DNA from: a virus
Reading direction: 5' to 3' (one strand)
IMG/VR virus record: IMGVR_UViG_3300008259_000347
Span: 14,209 to 78,208 of that record
DNA length: 64,000 nt
A model generated the notes under the pieces. It searched no databases, was not told the origin of the DNA, and was given only the letters and a program-made list of their open reading frames with translations. Made by a program: the position numbers and the translations under genes. Positions 35,472 to 45,810 of this stretch are shown here, piece by piece. Position 1 is the first letter of the stretch, and every line of letters begins with the position of its first letter.

Positions 35472-36338
35472 ATGACTATAGCTACTGGTCAAAAAATCCA
35501 AGCCAGCGATTATAATGTAATTTATAATAAAATAGATGCTGTCATGGGTGTTAATAACGATGGATATGGGCAAGTAGTGTCTAGTAGCTCTCAGTCTTTA
35601 AATGCAGATATTTCTCTTGCTGTTTGGAATAATTTACGAAACGATTTAATCAAATCAAGATATCATCAAACTGGTGTAGATCCTTCAGGAAGTCTTACAG
35701 CAGTAACATCTGCTGATAAAATTTCTTTCACAGTTTGGAACCAAGCTAACGCATTGGCTGATGTTATTACAACTAATAAAAGAGCAGTGGCCAGCAATCA
35801 AGGTAGTATAGAAACTATTACAGGTGGTAATTCAACTATCTCTAATTGGAATGTTAGCATTTCTCATACAGTTACAATTGATTTTGGTTCAAATACTGCT
35901 GCTAGATATTTTTTTAATGCCGGAGGCGATATAAGAATACGTGCTTATAGATCAGGTACTGCGGCTAATAATAAAGATTCTGCGTGGACGTCTATGTTAG
36001 GCGATAATGCTACAATTAAAGGCCAAGGCACTATCTACATGAATTATACACTTACAGACACAGTAGATGGTAGTTATTATTATCAAATTCAAGCTAGAGT
36101 AAACACCGCATCGAACCCTTCGCAAGTGATTATCACTGTTAATTTTGTCGATGCCGATACTGGTGGTCCTGCTCTTCCTCCTGCTCCAGGATCAAGTCCT
36201 GGTCAACCACCTGGACCAACAATCGACGATGTGGTTACAGGCACGACCGGTAGCGTTGTAACTGTATTTAGACCGTCTGGCTCTAACGTTTCTGTAGCAT
36301 CACCTTCTGGATCTTCCGTCGGTCTGTCTGGTTCATAA
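35472..36338 (+). CDS. Thr/Ser-rich virion structural protein B with a proline-rich loop
   Basis: 288 aa paralog; loop PALPPAPGSSPGQPPGP at the same position; about 35 aa shorter than paralog A near 36075. Confidence 0.65.
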   Translation: MTIATGQKIQASDYNVIYNKIDAVMGVNNDGYGQVVSSSSQSLNADISLAVWNNLRNDLIKSRYHQTGVDPSGSLTAVTSADKISFTVWNQANALADVITTNKRAVASNQGSIETITGGNSTISNWNVSISHTVTIDFGSNTAARYFFNAGGDIRIRAYRSGTAANNKDSAWTSMLGDNATIKGQGTIYMNYTLTDTVDGSYYYQIQARVNTASNPSQVIITVNFVDADTGGPALPPAPGSSPGQPPGPTIDDVVTGTTGSVVTVFRPSGSNVSVASPSGSSVGLSGS

Positions 36339-36393
36339 ATCGCTCTACTAAACTAAAAAACGTATAATTATAATATACTGTTATAATTACGGA

Positions 36394-36750
36394 GTGTCTG
36401 TGAATCAAAATATTGAAAAAGCTTTTGAAATAAGCAATCTTATGGCCACAGTGGCTAACCAAAAACGTGTACTAAAAGAAGAATACGAGCAGTCTCTTAT
36501 GTATTTTGAGAATGGAGGCTCTTTTCGAGCAGATCACACTACCATATCCTACATCAAAACTTTAAAAGAATTAACAAATGAAAAACGTTTGGTAATAATT
36601 GATGCTAATTTCACACCAATTGAAATTTTAGATATTGATAAATTTTTAGCTTCTTTATTAGACAAGCACTTTCAAGCGATTAATGCTTATTTTTCTAAAT
36701 TCAATGTTTTGAAAAAAAGTAGAAATATTAAAAATATATTAGATTTATGA
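36394..36750 (+). CDS. hypothetical protein, possibly fibre-assembly related; first gene of the modification cluster
   Basis: 118 aa ORF with GTG start; ATGA overlap with the next gene. Confidence 0.55.
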   Translation: MSVNQNIEKAFEISNLMATVANQKRVLKEEYEQSLMYFENGGSFRADHTTISYIKTLKELTNEKRLVIIDANFTPIEILDIDKFLASLLDKHFQAINAYFSKFNVLKKSRNIKNILDL

Positions 36751-37580
36751 ATAAAGGCATATTGCTCTACGCACTAAATTCAGAAATGGATTATGTTAAG
36801 TTAGCCGTAAAGTTAACTGAGCGCATTAAGCATTATTTAAATTTGCCAGTCACTATCATAACTGACAGTGAAGATTATCTACGTAAAAATTATAATATAG
36901 AATTATTTGATAGTATTATCAAAAGAAAAGACACGACAGATCAAACAAAAAAATTCAGTGACGGGCATGGATTTTCTGAAAGGTATGTTTGGAAAAATTC
37001 TAATAGAGCTAGTGCATTTGAAATTACACCCTACGAACAGACACTAGTGCTAGATGTGGATTATGTTATAAATTCTGATTTTTTACTTAGTGTATTCAAT
37101 CAAAATAAAGAATTTTTATGTTTTAGAAAATCATGTGATCTAGCAGGATGGCGAAATACAGCAGAATTTGAATATCTAAATCAGTACTCTATTCCATTTT
37201 ATTGGGCCACAGTGTTTTATTTTACTAAAACAAAATCAAATGAGATATTTTTTAACTTAGTAGAATACATTAGAGATCATTGGGAATACTATAGATTAAT
37301 ATATCAAATTAACGATAAAAAATTTAGAAATGATTACGCATTTAGCATCGCTATTCACATACTCAACGGAACTGATGTTGATTTATTTGATAGTACAATA
37401 GCAGGAAAAATGTTTTATACTTTGGATAAAGACGTTTTATTAAAAATTAATAAAAGTTCTATGACATTTCTTGTGGAAAAAGAAAAAGTTTTAGGGGAGT
37501 TTACTGGCCTAAGAACTACAGATTTAGATGTACATGTAATGAATAAATTTAGTTTATTAAGGGCATACGATGAGCAATAG
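36747..37580 (+). CDS. GT-A fold glycosyltransferase (GT8-like)
   Basis: PYEQTLVLDVD (DxD); WATVFYF; FRNDYAFSIA. Confidence 0.7.
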   Translation: MNKGILLYALNSEMDYVKLAVKLTERIKHYLNLPVTIITDSEDYLRKNYNIELFDSIIKRKDTTDQTKKFSDGHGFSERYVWKNSNRASAFEITPYEQTLVLDVDYVINSDFLLSVFNQNKEFLCFRKSCDLAGWRNTAEFEYLNQYSIPFYWATVFYFTKTKSNEIFFNLVEYIRDHWEYYRLIYQINDKKFRNDYAFSIAIHILNGTDVDLFDSTIAGKMFYTLDKDVLLKINKSSMTFLVEKEKVLGEFTGLRTTDLDVHVMNKFSLLRAYDEQ

Positions 37581-38403
37581 AGGTCATTTATTTTTTGCTC
37601 AAAACACAGGTACAGATTATGTTACTCAGGCCTATGCTGCTGCGCTGACTATAAAAAAATTTAATAGATATAATAAAACATGCTTGGTCACAAACGACGT
37701 GGTTCCGTTAAAGTATCTAAAAGCTTTTGACAGAATAGAAACAGTTCCTTGGACTGACGATGCTGTTAATAGTGATTGGAAAATTGAAAATCGTTGGAAA
37801 TTAATCCATGTCAGCCCGTTTGATGAAACATTGGTTTATGATAGCGATATGCTATTATTGTCCTCGAACGATCATTGGTGGAATTATTTAGAAAACAAAA
37901 GTGTAGCATTAACTAGCAAAGTTAAAACTTATAAAAATTCTCCTGTTTTTGATTATGTTTATAGAAAAACTTTCGTAGATAATAATCTACCTAACGTTTA
38001 TTTTGGATTACATTATTTTAAGAAAGATAAACAATCTCTTGAATTTTATAAATGGTTAGAAATTATTGTTAAAAATTGGAGAAAGTATTACAACGAATAC
38101 ACAATAAACAATACTCAAAAATTTTGTAGTATGGATGTAAGTTCAGCTATAGCAACACTGTTAATGGATTCAGAAGATGAGTTTTCAAAATTTAATCCTT
38201 TGTCATTTACTCATATGAAACCAGCTATACAAGGATGGTATCCGTCGCCAGCGACATGGCAGTCGGCAGTTAGTGTTCAATTTAATGAACAACTGGAACT
38301 CAGAATAAACAATATACTACAACAAGGTGTCTTTCATTACACAGAAGATAATTTTTTAACAGATAATTTATTAAAGAAAATAGAGGTTAGTTGTGGGATT
38401 TAA
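37570..38403 (+). CDS. GT-A fold glycosyltransferase (GT8-like), paralog of the previous gene
   Basis: SPFDETLVYDSDML (DxD); FTHMKP. Confidence 0.7.
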   Translation: MSNRGHLFFAQNTGTDYVTQAYAAALTIKKFNRYNKTCLVTNDVVPLKYLKAFDRIETVPWTDDAVNSDWKIENRWKLIHVSPFDETLVYDSDMLLLSSNDHWWNYLENKSVALTSKVKTYKNSPVFDYVYRKTFVDNNLPNVYFGLHYFKKDKQSLEFYKWLEIIVKNWRKYYNEYTINNTQKFCSMDVSSAIATLLMDSEDEFSKFNPLSFTHMKPAIQGWYPSPATWQSAVSVQFNEQLELRINNILQQGVFHYTEDNFLTDNLLKKIEVSCGI

Positions 38404-38896
38404 ATTTTTTGTTTATTACGATGACGACGGCAATATAACTGCTATCACTAATGAAAAGAGACCCTCTGGCAATTTTTTAGAAACAGACGAATCTGAAATT
38501 TTGGACTTTTTAAATGGATCAAAAGATTTTACTAAATTTAAAATCACTAGTTTATCCTCCGGCACAAAGCAGATAAAATTAGCAACAGAATCGACTTCAT
38601 TAATTTATAAAGATTTTTACATAGTAGGAAAAGCAAATGATACAGAGCAAGTTTTAATTTTTCATGATGTGTTTAATTCTTGTTGGAATATCTCGTTAGA
38701 CAGTCAAGCAAAACAAGTAGAATTCAGCCTGTATATTTGTAAGAAAGAAAATTTAAATTTTTTAATTAGAGAAATAAAAGTACCAGCTAGAAAAAATGTA
38801 TCAATTCCATTTGATCTAGATACAGAAAAAAATATTTCAAATTTAATGATATTAGTTAAAAAAATTCATCAATCATACGGAATAAAATATGTCTAA
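38393..38896 (+). CDS. hypothetical protein
   Basis: 167 aa ORF overlapping both neighbours in the operon. Confidence 0.55.
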   Translation: MGFKFFVYYDDDGNITAITNEKRPSGNFLETDESEILDFLNGSKDFTKFKITSLSSGTKQIKLATESTSLIYKDFYIVGKANDTEQVLIFHDVFNSCWNISLDSQAKQVEFSLYICKKENLNFLIREIKVPARKNVSIPFDLDTEKNISNLMILVKKIHQSYGIKYV

Positions 38897-39806
38897 AATT
38901 AAAGTTGCTGAGTGCGATGTTGTATATCTAAGTTACGACGAGCCTAACGCTGAACAAAATTATGCGGATCTACTGACTAAAATTCCTTGGGCTAAACGTA
39001 TTCATGGAGTGGACGGCAGTGACAGCGCACACAAAGCCTGCGCACGGATAGCAGAAACAGAAAGAGTAGTGATTATCGACGGTGATAATATTGTCAGACC
39101 TGAATTAATTCAACAAGAAGTAGAATTTTACAACGACTCTGATATGAATTGTGTAATCAGCTGGGGAGCAAGAAATGTTATCAATGGTCTGATTTACGGA
39201 AACGGTGGTGTTAAATGTTGGCCAACAGAATTGATATTAAACATGCGAACACATGAAAATGCCGAATCAGATAATGCTAAAACACAAGTAGACTTTTGTT
39301 GGGACATTAATTATGTACAAATGGATAAGTGTATGAGTGATGTTTACAATAATGGCAGTGCTCAACAAGCATGGAGAGCAGGGTTTAGGGAAGGTGTTAA
39401 AATGAGTTTGTTAGAAGGATCCAAACCTACAAAAGATAAACTTTTTAATAAACAAGTTCATTGGAAAAATTTACATCGACTATTAATATGGATGCACGTA
39501 GGCATGGATATCCAAAATGGCGACTGGGCAATTTACGGAGCCCGACAAGGCTGCTATATGACTAATTGTACTGACTGGGATTATCTAAATGTTAGAGACT
39601 TCAAATGGCTGAACACTTTCTGGGAAGAAAAAGAAAGTAAAATATCTACTGATATGTTGAAGTATGAAATAATGGGGATAGGCGAAACATTAGAACATGA
39701 ATTAGGTATTAGTATTGATTTGCCATTTAATAACAATCAAAGTATCTTATTTAAAACACTGTATACAAATCCTCCAAGAATGAAAAATAATACGGTGATT
39801 TCATAA
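38889..39806 (+). CDS. GT-A fold glycosyltransferase (GT2-like)
   Basis: YLSYDEPNAE...AHKACA...VIIDGDN; YGNGGVK; AWRAGFREGVKM. Confidence 0.65.
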   Translation: MSKIKVAECDVVYLSYDEPNAEQNYADLLTKIPWAKRIHGVDGSDSAHKACARIAETERVVIIDGDNIVRPELIQQEVEFYNDSDMNCVISWGARNVINGLIYGNGGVKCWPTELILNMRTHENAESDNAKTQVDFCWDINYVQMDKCMSDVYNNGSAQQAWRAGFREGVKMSLLEGSKPTKDKLFNKQVHWKNLHRLLIWMHVGMDIQNGDWAIYGARQGCYMTNCTDWDYLNVRDFKWLNTFWEEKESKISTDMLKYEIMGIGETLEHELGISIDLPFNNNQSILFKTLYTNPPRMKNNTVIS

Positions 39807-40492
39807 TGTACGATATTGTTTTTATAAGTTATAATGAACTAAATGCTGAAAAAAACTGGCAAAATTTAACTGCTAGATTTTCTTGGGCCAAGCGTGTGTC
39901 AGGAGTTACTGGCATTCACAGAGCACACATAGCTGCTGCCAGCAAATGTTTTACAAATATGTTTTGGGTAGTAGACGGTGATGCTGAAATATTAGAAACA
40001 TTTGATTTTAGTTATACTACAAAAGAAACAAAATTTGTTCACGTATGGCGCAGTCTTAATCCTATCAATGATTTAGAATACGGTTTTGGAGGAGTTAAGC
40101 TGTTACCGAGATTAGCTACGCTGAATATGGACACATCTAAACCGGATATGACAACTAGTATAAGTCCTCACTTTAAACCTATGCCCGAAGTCAGCAATGT
40201 TACAGCATTTAATACGGATCCTTTCAGTACTTGGCGTAGTGCCTTTAGGGAATGTTCTAAGTTATCCAGTAAGGTTATAGATAGACAAAAAAATGATGAA
40301 ACAGAAAATCGTTTATTAACTTGGAAAATAAAAGGAGCAGATCGTCCATTCGGAGAATATGCATTGAAAGGTGCTGCTGATGGAGAGCAGTTCGGAGTGT
40401 TGAACAAGGGCAATATAGAGGAACTAAAGAAAATTAATGATTTTGCTTGGTTAAGAGAACAATTTGAAAGGAGTTACAATGGAAGAAGTTGA
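39806..40492 (+). CDS. GT-A fold glycosyltransferase (GT2-like), paralog of the previous gene
   Basis: FISYNELNAE...AHIAAA...WVVDGDA; YGFGGVKL; TWRSAFRECSKL. Confidence 0.65.
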   Translation: MYDIVFISYNELNAEKNWQNLTARFSWAKRVSGVTGIHRAHIAAASKCFTNMFWVVDGDAEILETFDFSYTTKETKFVHVWRSLNPINDLEYGFGGVKLLPRLATLNMDTSKPDMTTSISPHFKPMPEVSNVTAFNTDPFSTWRSAFRECSKLSSKVIDRQKNDETENRLLTWKIKGADRPFGEYALKGAADGEQFGVLNKGNIEELKKINDFAWLREQFERSYNGRS

Positions 40493-41330
40493 TAAAAGTG
40501 CCATATCATGGCTACATGGACTACAAGAATTTTTTAAGTTCCAAGGAGACGAAACGTCCAGTAATTATGTGGATTTTATTTTAAAATTACTGTATGCTAA
40601 TAATCCTATGATTACAATTACTGAAGAAGCAGATATTGTTGAATTTATCAGCATGTTAAGAAAATTTACACACAACAGTATTTTTACTGCTTTCCATAAG
40701 TATTATAGGGAAGAACATAATCCAAAATATTTACAAGATGCTTTTAGTCGTGGACAAGTACAAAGTAAAATTTGGCTAGCAGAGGAATTACAGAAAATAC
40801 GAGTCGAACATAAAAATGTATTAATTCTAGCAGGCTGGTACGGACAACTATTACAGTATTTTCGAGAATTAAAATTTGGTAAAGTGCGTGTAGTAGATAT
40901 GGATAGAGAAGCCTGTTTAATTAGTGACGATATTTTTAATTTAAATTTTATTGAAAATTATAGAGTAAAAGCTATACGTTCTGATATAAATGATTTAGTA
41001 ATACACAAGTCTGGATATGTTCTGAATGTAGAAAACTTTAAAAATCCAGATGCTAAGATTTTCAGCGAAACATTTATGCCTGATCTTATTGTTAATACGT
41101 CTGCTGAACACATGGACGAAAGATGGTATGATGCTATTAGATTTAAAGAATTTGAAAATAAACCTATTGTTGTAATTCAGAGTAATAACTTGTTTGATGT
41201 AGAAGAACACATTAACTGTGTTCATAGTATAGAACATATAAAGAAAAAATATCCTATGAGTGAAATTCTGTACGAGGGAGAATTACAACTTAGGGGTTAC
41301 AAACGAGTAATGATCATCGGAAAACCATGA
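40479..41330 (+). CDS. class I SAM-dependent methyltransferase-like protein
   Basis: VLILAGWYG motif I, VVDMD motif II, IVNTSAEHM; ATG 40479 follows an AGGAG RBS. Confidence 0.65.
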   Translation: MEEVDKSAISWLHGLQEFFKFQGDETSSNYVDFILKLLYANNPMITITEEADIVEFISMLRKFTHNSIFTAFHKYYREEHNPKYLQDAFSRGQVQSKIWLAEELQKIRVEHKNVLILAGWYGQLLQYFRELKFGKVRVVDMDREACLISDDIFNLNFIENYRVKAIRSDINDLVIHKSGYVLNVENFKNPDAKIFSETFMPDLIVNTSAEHMDERWYDAIRFKEFENKPIVVIQSNNLFDVEEHINCVHSIEHIKKKYPMSEILYEGELQLRGYKRVMIIGKP

Positions 41331-41554
41331 TTGATTTAGACCAATACGATTTAAGGACGCTACAAAAAGAGTGTGCTCGTGCGGTTGCTACAATGGAAGC
41401 AACTAACAATAACATATATAAGTTTAATCAACAAGCACATCATGATAGTCAAAATTGGTATAAAGCAGTGATTGAGTGGTATGTTGAACAATATGGAGAT
41501 TTGCCAAGTCGTGTTGGTCCAGGTGTAGATATTAAATTTGTGACGGACTACTGA
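41327..41554 (+). CDS. small hypothetical protein
   Basis: 75 aa; ATGA and TGATG coupling on both sides. Confidence 0.65.
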   Translation: MIDLDQYDLRTLQKECARAVATMEATNNNIYKFNQQAHHDSQNWYKAVIEWYVEQYGDLPSRVGPGVDIKFVTDY

Positions 41555-42141
41555 TGAAAGAACTTGATTTTTATTCTGAAAATTTTTGGTTTTCACAAAT
41601 AGATCAACACGGAGATGTAGACAACTATGGTGAAGATTATTATGCTTATAAGTTTTTCAAAAATGTAATTTTGAATCTAACAGATATTCCTAATAATGGG
41701 CATATTGTTGTGATGGGAACCCACAACTGTGTAAGTTTTAATTTACTTTGCGAACACTTTGGAAAAGATAGGTGTATAGGATATGATATAGCAAATCCTA
41801 CAAATCATCCTTGCGTGAAAGTAAAAAATATTTTGGAAGTAACTGACAATATTCCTATAAGTTTTGTACATAATGATATAGGTAATTACGGTTTTACTCC
41901 TACTGCAAAATTTTATGCTCAACAATGGGCAGCAAATAATGTAGTAGAAGGCGGTTATTTTTTGGGTAGAAATAATTTGAATAGAGCAAAACTACCTATT
42001 GAGCAGTATATGGAAAGATTAGGTTTTCTTAATACAAATATGTTAGCATTAACAGGCGTTTTTAATTTATCTAATATTGCTTACAGAGAATTAGAAGGAC
42101 ATATGATATCAAAAAAAGTAGGCATAAGACATTATGTATAG
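41554..42141 (+). CDS. methyltransferase-like protein (degenerate Rossmann fold)
   Basis: IVVMGT...CIGYDI...FVHND...VVEGGYF pattern. Confidence 0.45.
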   Translation: MKELDFYSENFWFSQIDQHGDVDNYGEDYYAYKFFKNVILNLTDIPNNGHIVVMGTHNCVSFNLLCEHFGKDRCIGYDIANPTNHPCVKVKNILEVTDNIPISFVHNDIGNYGFTPTAKFYAQQWAANNVVEGGYFLGRNNLNRAKLPIEQYMERLGFLNTNMLALTGVFNLSNIAYRELEGHMISKKVGIRHYV

Positions 42142-43353
42142 ATATAATGAAATACAAACTGTTCATTTAGAAATGACAGATAACTGTAATGCTGCCTGTC
42201 CTATGTGCGCAAGAAACATCAATGGTGGAGAAGATAATCCGCAGTTACCAGGTACTGAACTAAGTTTAGAGGATTGTAAAACTATATTTGATCCTAATTT
42301 TATAGCACAATTGAAACGTATGTATATGTGTGGAAATTATGGAGATCCTATTGCTGCTCGAGATACTCTAGAAGTTTTTGATTATTTTAGACAACATAAT
42401 TCTAAAATGAGTCTTAACATGTATACTAACGGTAGTGCTAAAAAACCAGATTGGTGGAAAAATTTAGCAAAGGTTTTAGGAAAAAATAGTTATGTAGTTT
42501 TTAGCATAGACGGGTTAGAAGACACAAATCATTTGTATAGACAAAATACTGTATGGTCCAAGATAATGGAAAATGCTCAAGCATTTATCAAAATACTGTA
42601 TGGTCCAAGATAATGGAAAATGCTCAAGCATTTATTGATGCCGGCGGCAATGCTCGATGGGATTATATCGTATTCGCACATAACGAACATCAGGTAGAAC
42701 AAGCAGAAGAATTAAGTAAAATCATGGGGTTTGAAAGATTTCAATATAAAAAAAGTGCGAGATTTTTCAGTAACGCTAGTGGAACTACCAAAGAAATACA
42801 CCAAGCAGCCAATCGCAAAGGCATGGCTACTACGCTATTACAGTCTCCAACAAATACAAAATACAGAAATAATAGTTTACAAGAATTGAGTAAAATAGCC
42901 AGCGATGTAACCAGCGAAATAAATTTTTTGCCCAGTACTGCTAAAGATGCGTTAGAAATTCAAGGTAGACAAATGTTTAGTTTTGATCCTAAGAAAAAGA
43001 AAGAGATGGAAAAATATTGGGATTCGGTTGAAATTAAATGTAAAGTAGCAGAGGAAAAGTCTGTTTATATCAGTGCAGAGGGCATAGTTCAGCCGTGTTG
43101 TTGGACAGCTGGACAGATGTATGTGTGGTATTGGAAACCATTAGGCGGTCAAATTTGGCAAGCAATTAATGAAGTTGGTAAAGATAATCTTAATGCTAAA
43201 AATTATAGATTAGAAGAAATAATTGATGGAAGATACTTTCAGGAAGTTGTACCTGAAAGTTGGAATAAATCAAGTTGTGCTGATGGTAAATTAGCTATCT
43301 GCGCTAAAACGTGTGGTGCTAAATATGATGCCTTCGGTGATCAATTCAAATGA
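42134..43353 (+). CDS. radical SAM enzyme 1 with C-terminal Twitch/SPASM-like domain, split by a 47-bp duplication
   Basis: CNAACPMC; CGNYGDP; TNG; FSIDG; C-terminal C...YISAEG.VQPCC...CAKTC. Confidence 0.85.
42542..42635 (+). repeat. exact 47-bp tandem duplication causing a frameshift
   Basis: CAAAATACTGTATGGTCCAAGATAATGGAAAATGCTCAAGCATTTAT at 42542-42588 and 42589-42635. Confidence 0.97.
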
Positions 43354-44417
43354 ATATAGACAGCATTAAAAAAATAGAATTAGAAATTACTAGTAATTGT
43401 AATGCTGCCTGTCCTGGTTGTGCTCGTACCCAGAACGCTGATATATTAGAATTAAACAGTTTTGGTTTAGAAGATTTGCGTAGGATGTTTCCTGCTCAAA
43501 ATTATATACAGGGTAAAGAGTTTAAATTTTGTGGAGTACTAGGCGATCCTATTGCTAACAAAGAATGTTACGAAATGGTAGAATACATAGTTGCTAATAA
43601 CGGGTATGTTCAGATTAGTACTAATGGTGGATTATTACCTTCTAGTTGGTGGAGTAAGTTAGGTACTCTGAGTAAAGAAACTGGATTAGTAGATGTAAAT
43701 TTTTGTGTCGATGGACATAAAGAAACTAATCACATTTATAGAGTTAATACACTGTTTAGTGTTATTGAAAAAAATATGACAGCGTATTCGCAAGCGCAAG
43801 GACAAGCATCGTGGATATATATTGTATTTGATCATAATGAACATGAGTTACAGCTCGCTCAACAACACGCAGAAAATTTAGGATTTAAATTTGCTACACG
43901 AACAGGCATGAGAAATAGCTATCATAATTGGATAGCAGAAATTAGAAAAAAAGATAAAACTAAAGAACAAGTTGTAATAACAACAACAGGTAATAAGGAA
44001 CATAGTAAAAAAGATCTAGTTCAAGATTTAGACAAGTTTATTTCGACTTACAACAGAGGAATGTTTATGATTCCGATAGTTGATAAAAAACAAGAAATCT
44101 TAAATTCAATTACATGTAAGTTAGTACACGAAGGCGAAATTTTTATAGCCAGCAATCAAACTATGTGGCCTTGTTGTTTTTTATGGGATAGTATGTTTAA
44201 AAATAAAGAAAGTATTATAGAAAAATTAAGCGAGTATTCAGAAGGTTGGAATAGTTTACGTGATCATTCTATTGATGAAGTATTAGCACATCCTTGGTTT
44301 GATCATATATTATCCGAAAGTTGGAATCCAGCACATGCCAAACATTTTATAAGATGTATTAGGACTTGTGCCTACAATAAAGCATATCAAAACGAAATAA
44401 ATTATGTCAACAAATAA
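43350..44417 (+). CDS. radical SAM enzyme 2 with C-terminal Twitch/SPASM-like domain (paralog of enzyme 1)
   Basis: CNAACPGC; CGVLGDP; STNG; C...WPCC...CIRTC. Confidence 0.88.
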   Translation: MNIDSIKKIELEITSNCNAACPGCARTQNADILELNSFGLEDLRRMFPAQNYIQGKEFKFCGVLGDPIANKECYEMVEYIVANNGYVQISTNGGLLPSSWWSKLGTLSKETGLVDVNFCVDGHKETNHIYRVNTLFSVIEKNMTAYSQAQGQASWIYIVFDHNEHELQLAQQHAENLGFKFATRTGMRNSYHNWIAEIRKKDKTKEQVVITTTGNKEHSKKDLVQDLDKFISTYNRGMFMIPIVDKKQEILNSITCKLVHEGEIFIASNQTMWPCCFLWDSMFKNKESIIEKLSEYSEGWNSLRDHSIDEVLAHPWFDHILSESWNPAHAKHFIRCIRTCAYNKAYQNEINYVNK

Positions 44418-45810
44418 CCTACCCAGCAAAACATTTTGTCTCCTTCCATGGATACATTTAAGCACACGACCAGATGGCAGTATGAGAGTATGTTGTACAG
44501 CTAATGCTAGTAGTGTAGGTCCTACTAATGATAAACAACATGGAGGAATGGTAGGAGTATTAAAAACAGACGAAGGAAAGCCTAATAATTTAAATGTTAG
44601 TGATTTTCTAAGCAGCTGGAATAGTACCTACATGAAAAATGTAAGATTAAAAATGTTAGCGGGAGAAGAGCCTCCGAGCTGTACTAAATGCTATAGAGAA
44701 GAAGAAGCCGGCCACAATAGTAAGCGTATGTGGGAAACAGAGTATTGGCGGCAAAGAGTAGATTTAGAACAGTTAGTAGCCGACACTTCAGAAGATGGTA
44801 GCACACCTCCTCAACTTAGTTATATTGATTTACGTTTCGGAACCAAATGTCAGTTAGCCTGTGTAATGTGTAGCCCGCATGATAGCTCTGGATGGATTAA
44901 AGATTGGCAAGCTATATATCCTCAGATACAGAATACAAGTTTAAAGGAAACTGCACAGTGGTCAAATAAAGGCAGTATTAACGGTAGTAGTTATAATTGG
45001 CATAAAAATAATCCTACATTTTGGAAACAATTTAATGAACAAATACCGCACATGCAGCAATTATACTTTGCTGGTGGCGAAAGTTTAATTATCGAAGAAC
45101 ATTACGAAATATTAGAAGAAGCTATTAGACAAGGCCATGCTAAAAATTTAGAGTTGCGGTATAATAGTAATGGTGTAGAATGGAGAGAAGATTTATTTAA
45201 ATTATGGAAAGAATTTAAACTTGTTCGTTTTCATTATAGTGTAGATAGTATTGGAGAAATGAACAGTTATATTCGTTATCCAAGCGAATGGGAACGCACA
45301 CATGAAGTGTTTCATATACTAGATAAAGGAACTCCTCCTAACACAGAGATTACAGTGGCCTGCGCTGTACAAGCATTGAATGTGTATTATTTGCCAGATT
45401 TTCTAAAATGGAAATTGACACAAAATTTTAAAAAGGTTAATATGTGGCCTTTAGGCGCAGGTGGAATAAATTATCATTTTGTATATCATCCTCCGCATCT
45501 GAATGTTAAAGTTCTTCCAAAATGGTTCAAAGAAAAATGTAGACAAAAATACGAAGAATTTTATCCCTGGTGGGAAGCTAATTGGCAAAAAGGAGTTCCT
45601 GAATCAAAGAAGGATTATGTGACATATGACATGTGGCGTGATGCTAGTTACGGAATTAATAGATTAGAAGGTATGTTACAATTTATGGAAAGTGAAGATT
45701 GGAGTGTAAGATTGCCTGAATTAAAAGAGTATATTCAGCTGATTGACAATCAGCGTGGTCTCAATTTTTCCGAGACCTTTCCTGAAATGAAGGATATTTT
45801 TAATGGGTAA
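44404..45810 (+). CDS. radical SAM enzyme 3 with N-terminal Twitch/SPASM-like domain
   Basis: N-terminal CLLPW...DG..RVCC...CTKC; CQLACVMC; FAGGES; YNSNG. Confidence 0.88.
   Translation: MSTNNLPSKTFCLLPWIHLSTRPDGSMRVCCTANASSVGPTNDKQHGGMVGVLKTDEGKPNNLNVSDFLSSWNSTYMKNVRLKMLAGEEPPSCTKCYREEEAGHNSKRMWETEYWRQRVDLEQLVADTSEDGSTPPQLSYIDLRFGTKCQLACVMCSPHDSSGWIKDWQAIYPQIQNTSLKETAQWSNKGSINGSSYNWHKNNPTFWKQFNEQIPHMQQLYFAGGESLIIEEHYEILEEAIRQGHAKNLELRYNSNGVEWREDLFKLWKEFKLVRFHYSVDSIGEMNSYIRYPSEWERTHEVFHILDKGTPPNTEITVACAVQALNVYYLPDFLKWKLTQNFKKVNMWPLGAGGINYHFVYHPPHLNVKVLPKWFKEKCRQKYEEFYPWWEANWQKGVPESKKDYVTYDMWRDASYGINRLEGMLQFMESEDWSVRLPELKEYIQLIDNQRGLNFSETFPEMKDIFNG

Noticed and set aside
41327-41554. 75 aa ORF as a RiPP precursor for the radical SAM enzymes
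   Set aside because: It looks like a small globular protein with no leader/core pattern, and no RRE/PqqD domain, peptidase or exporter is recognisable in the cluster. Not fully excluded.
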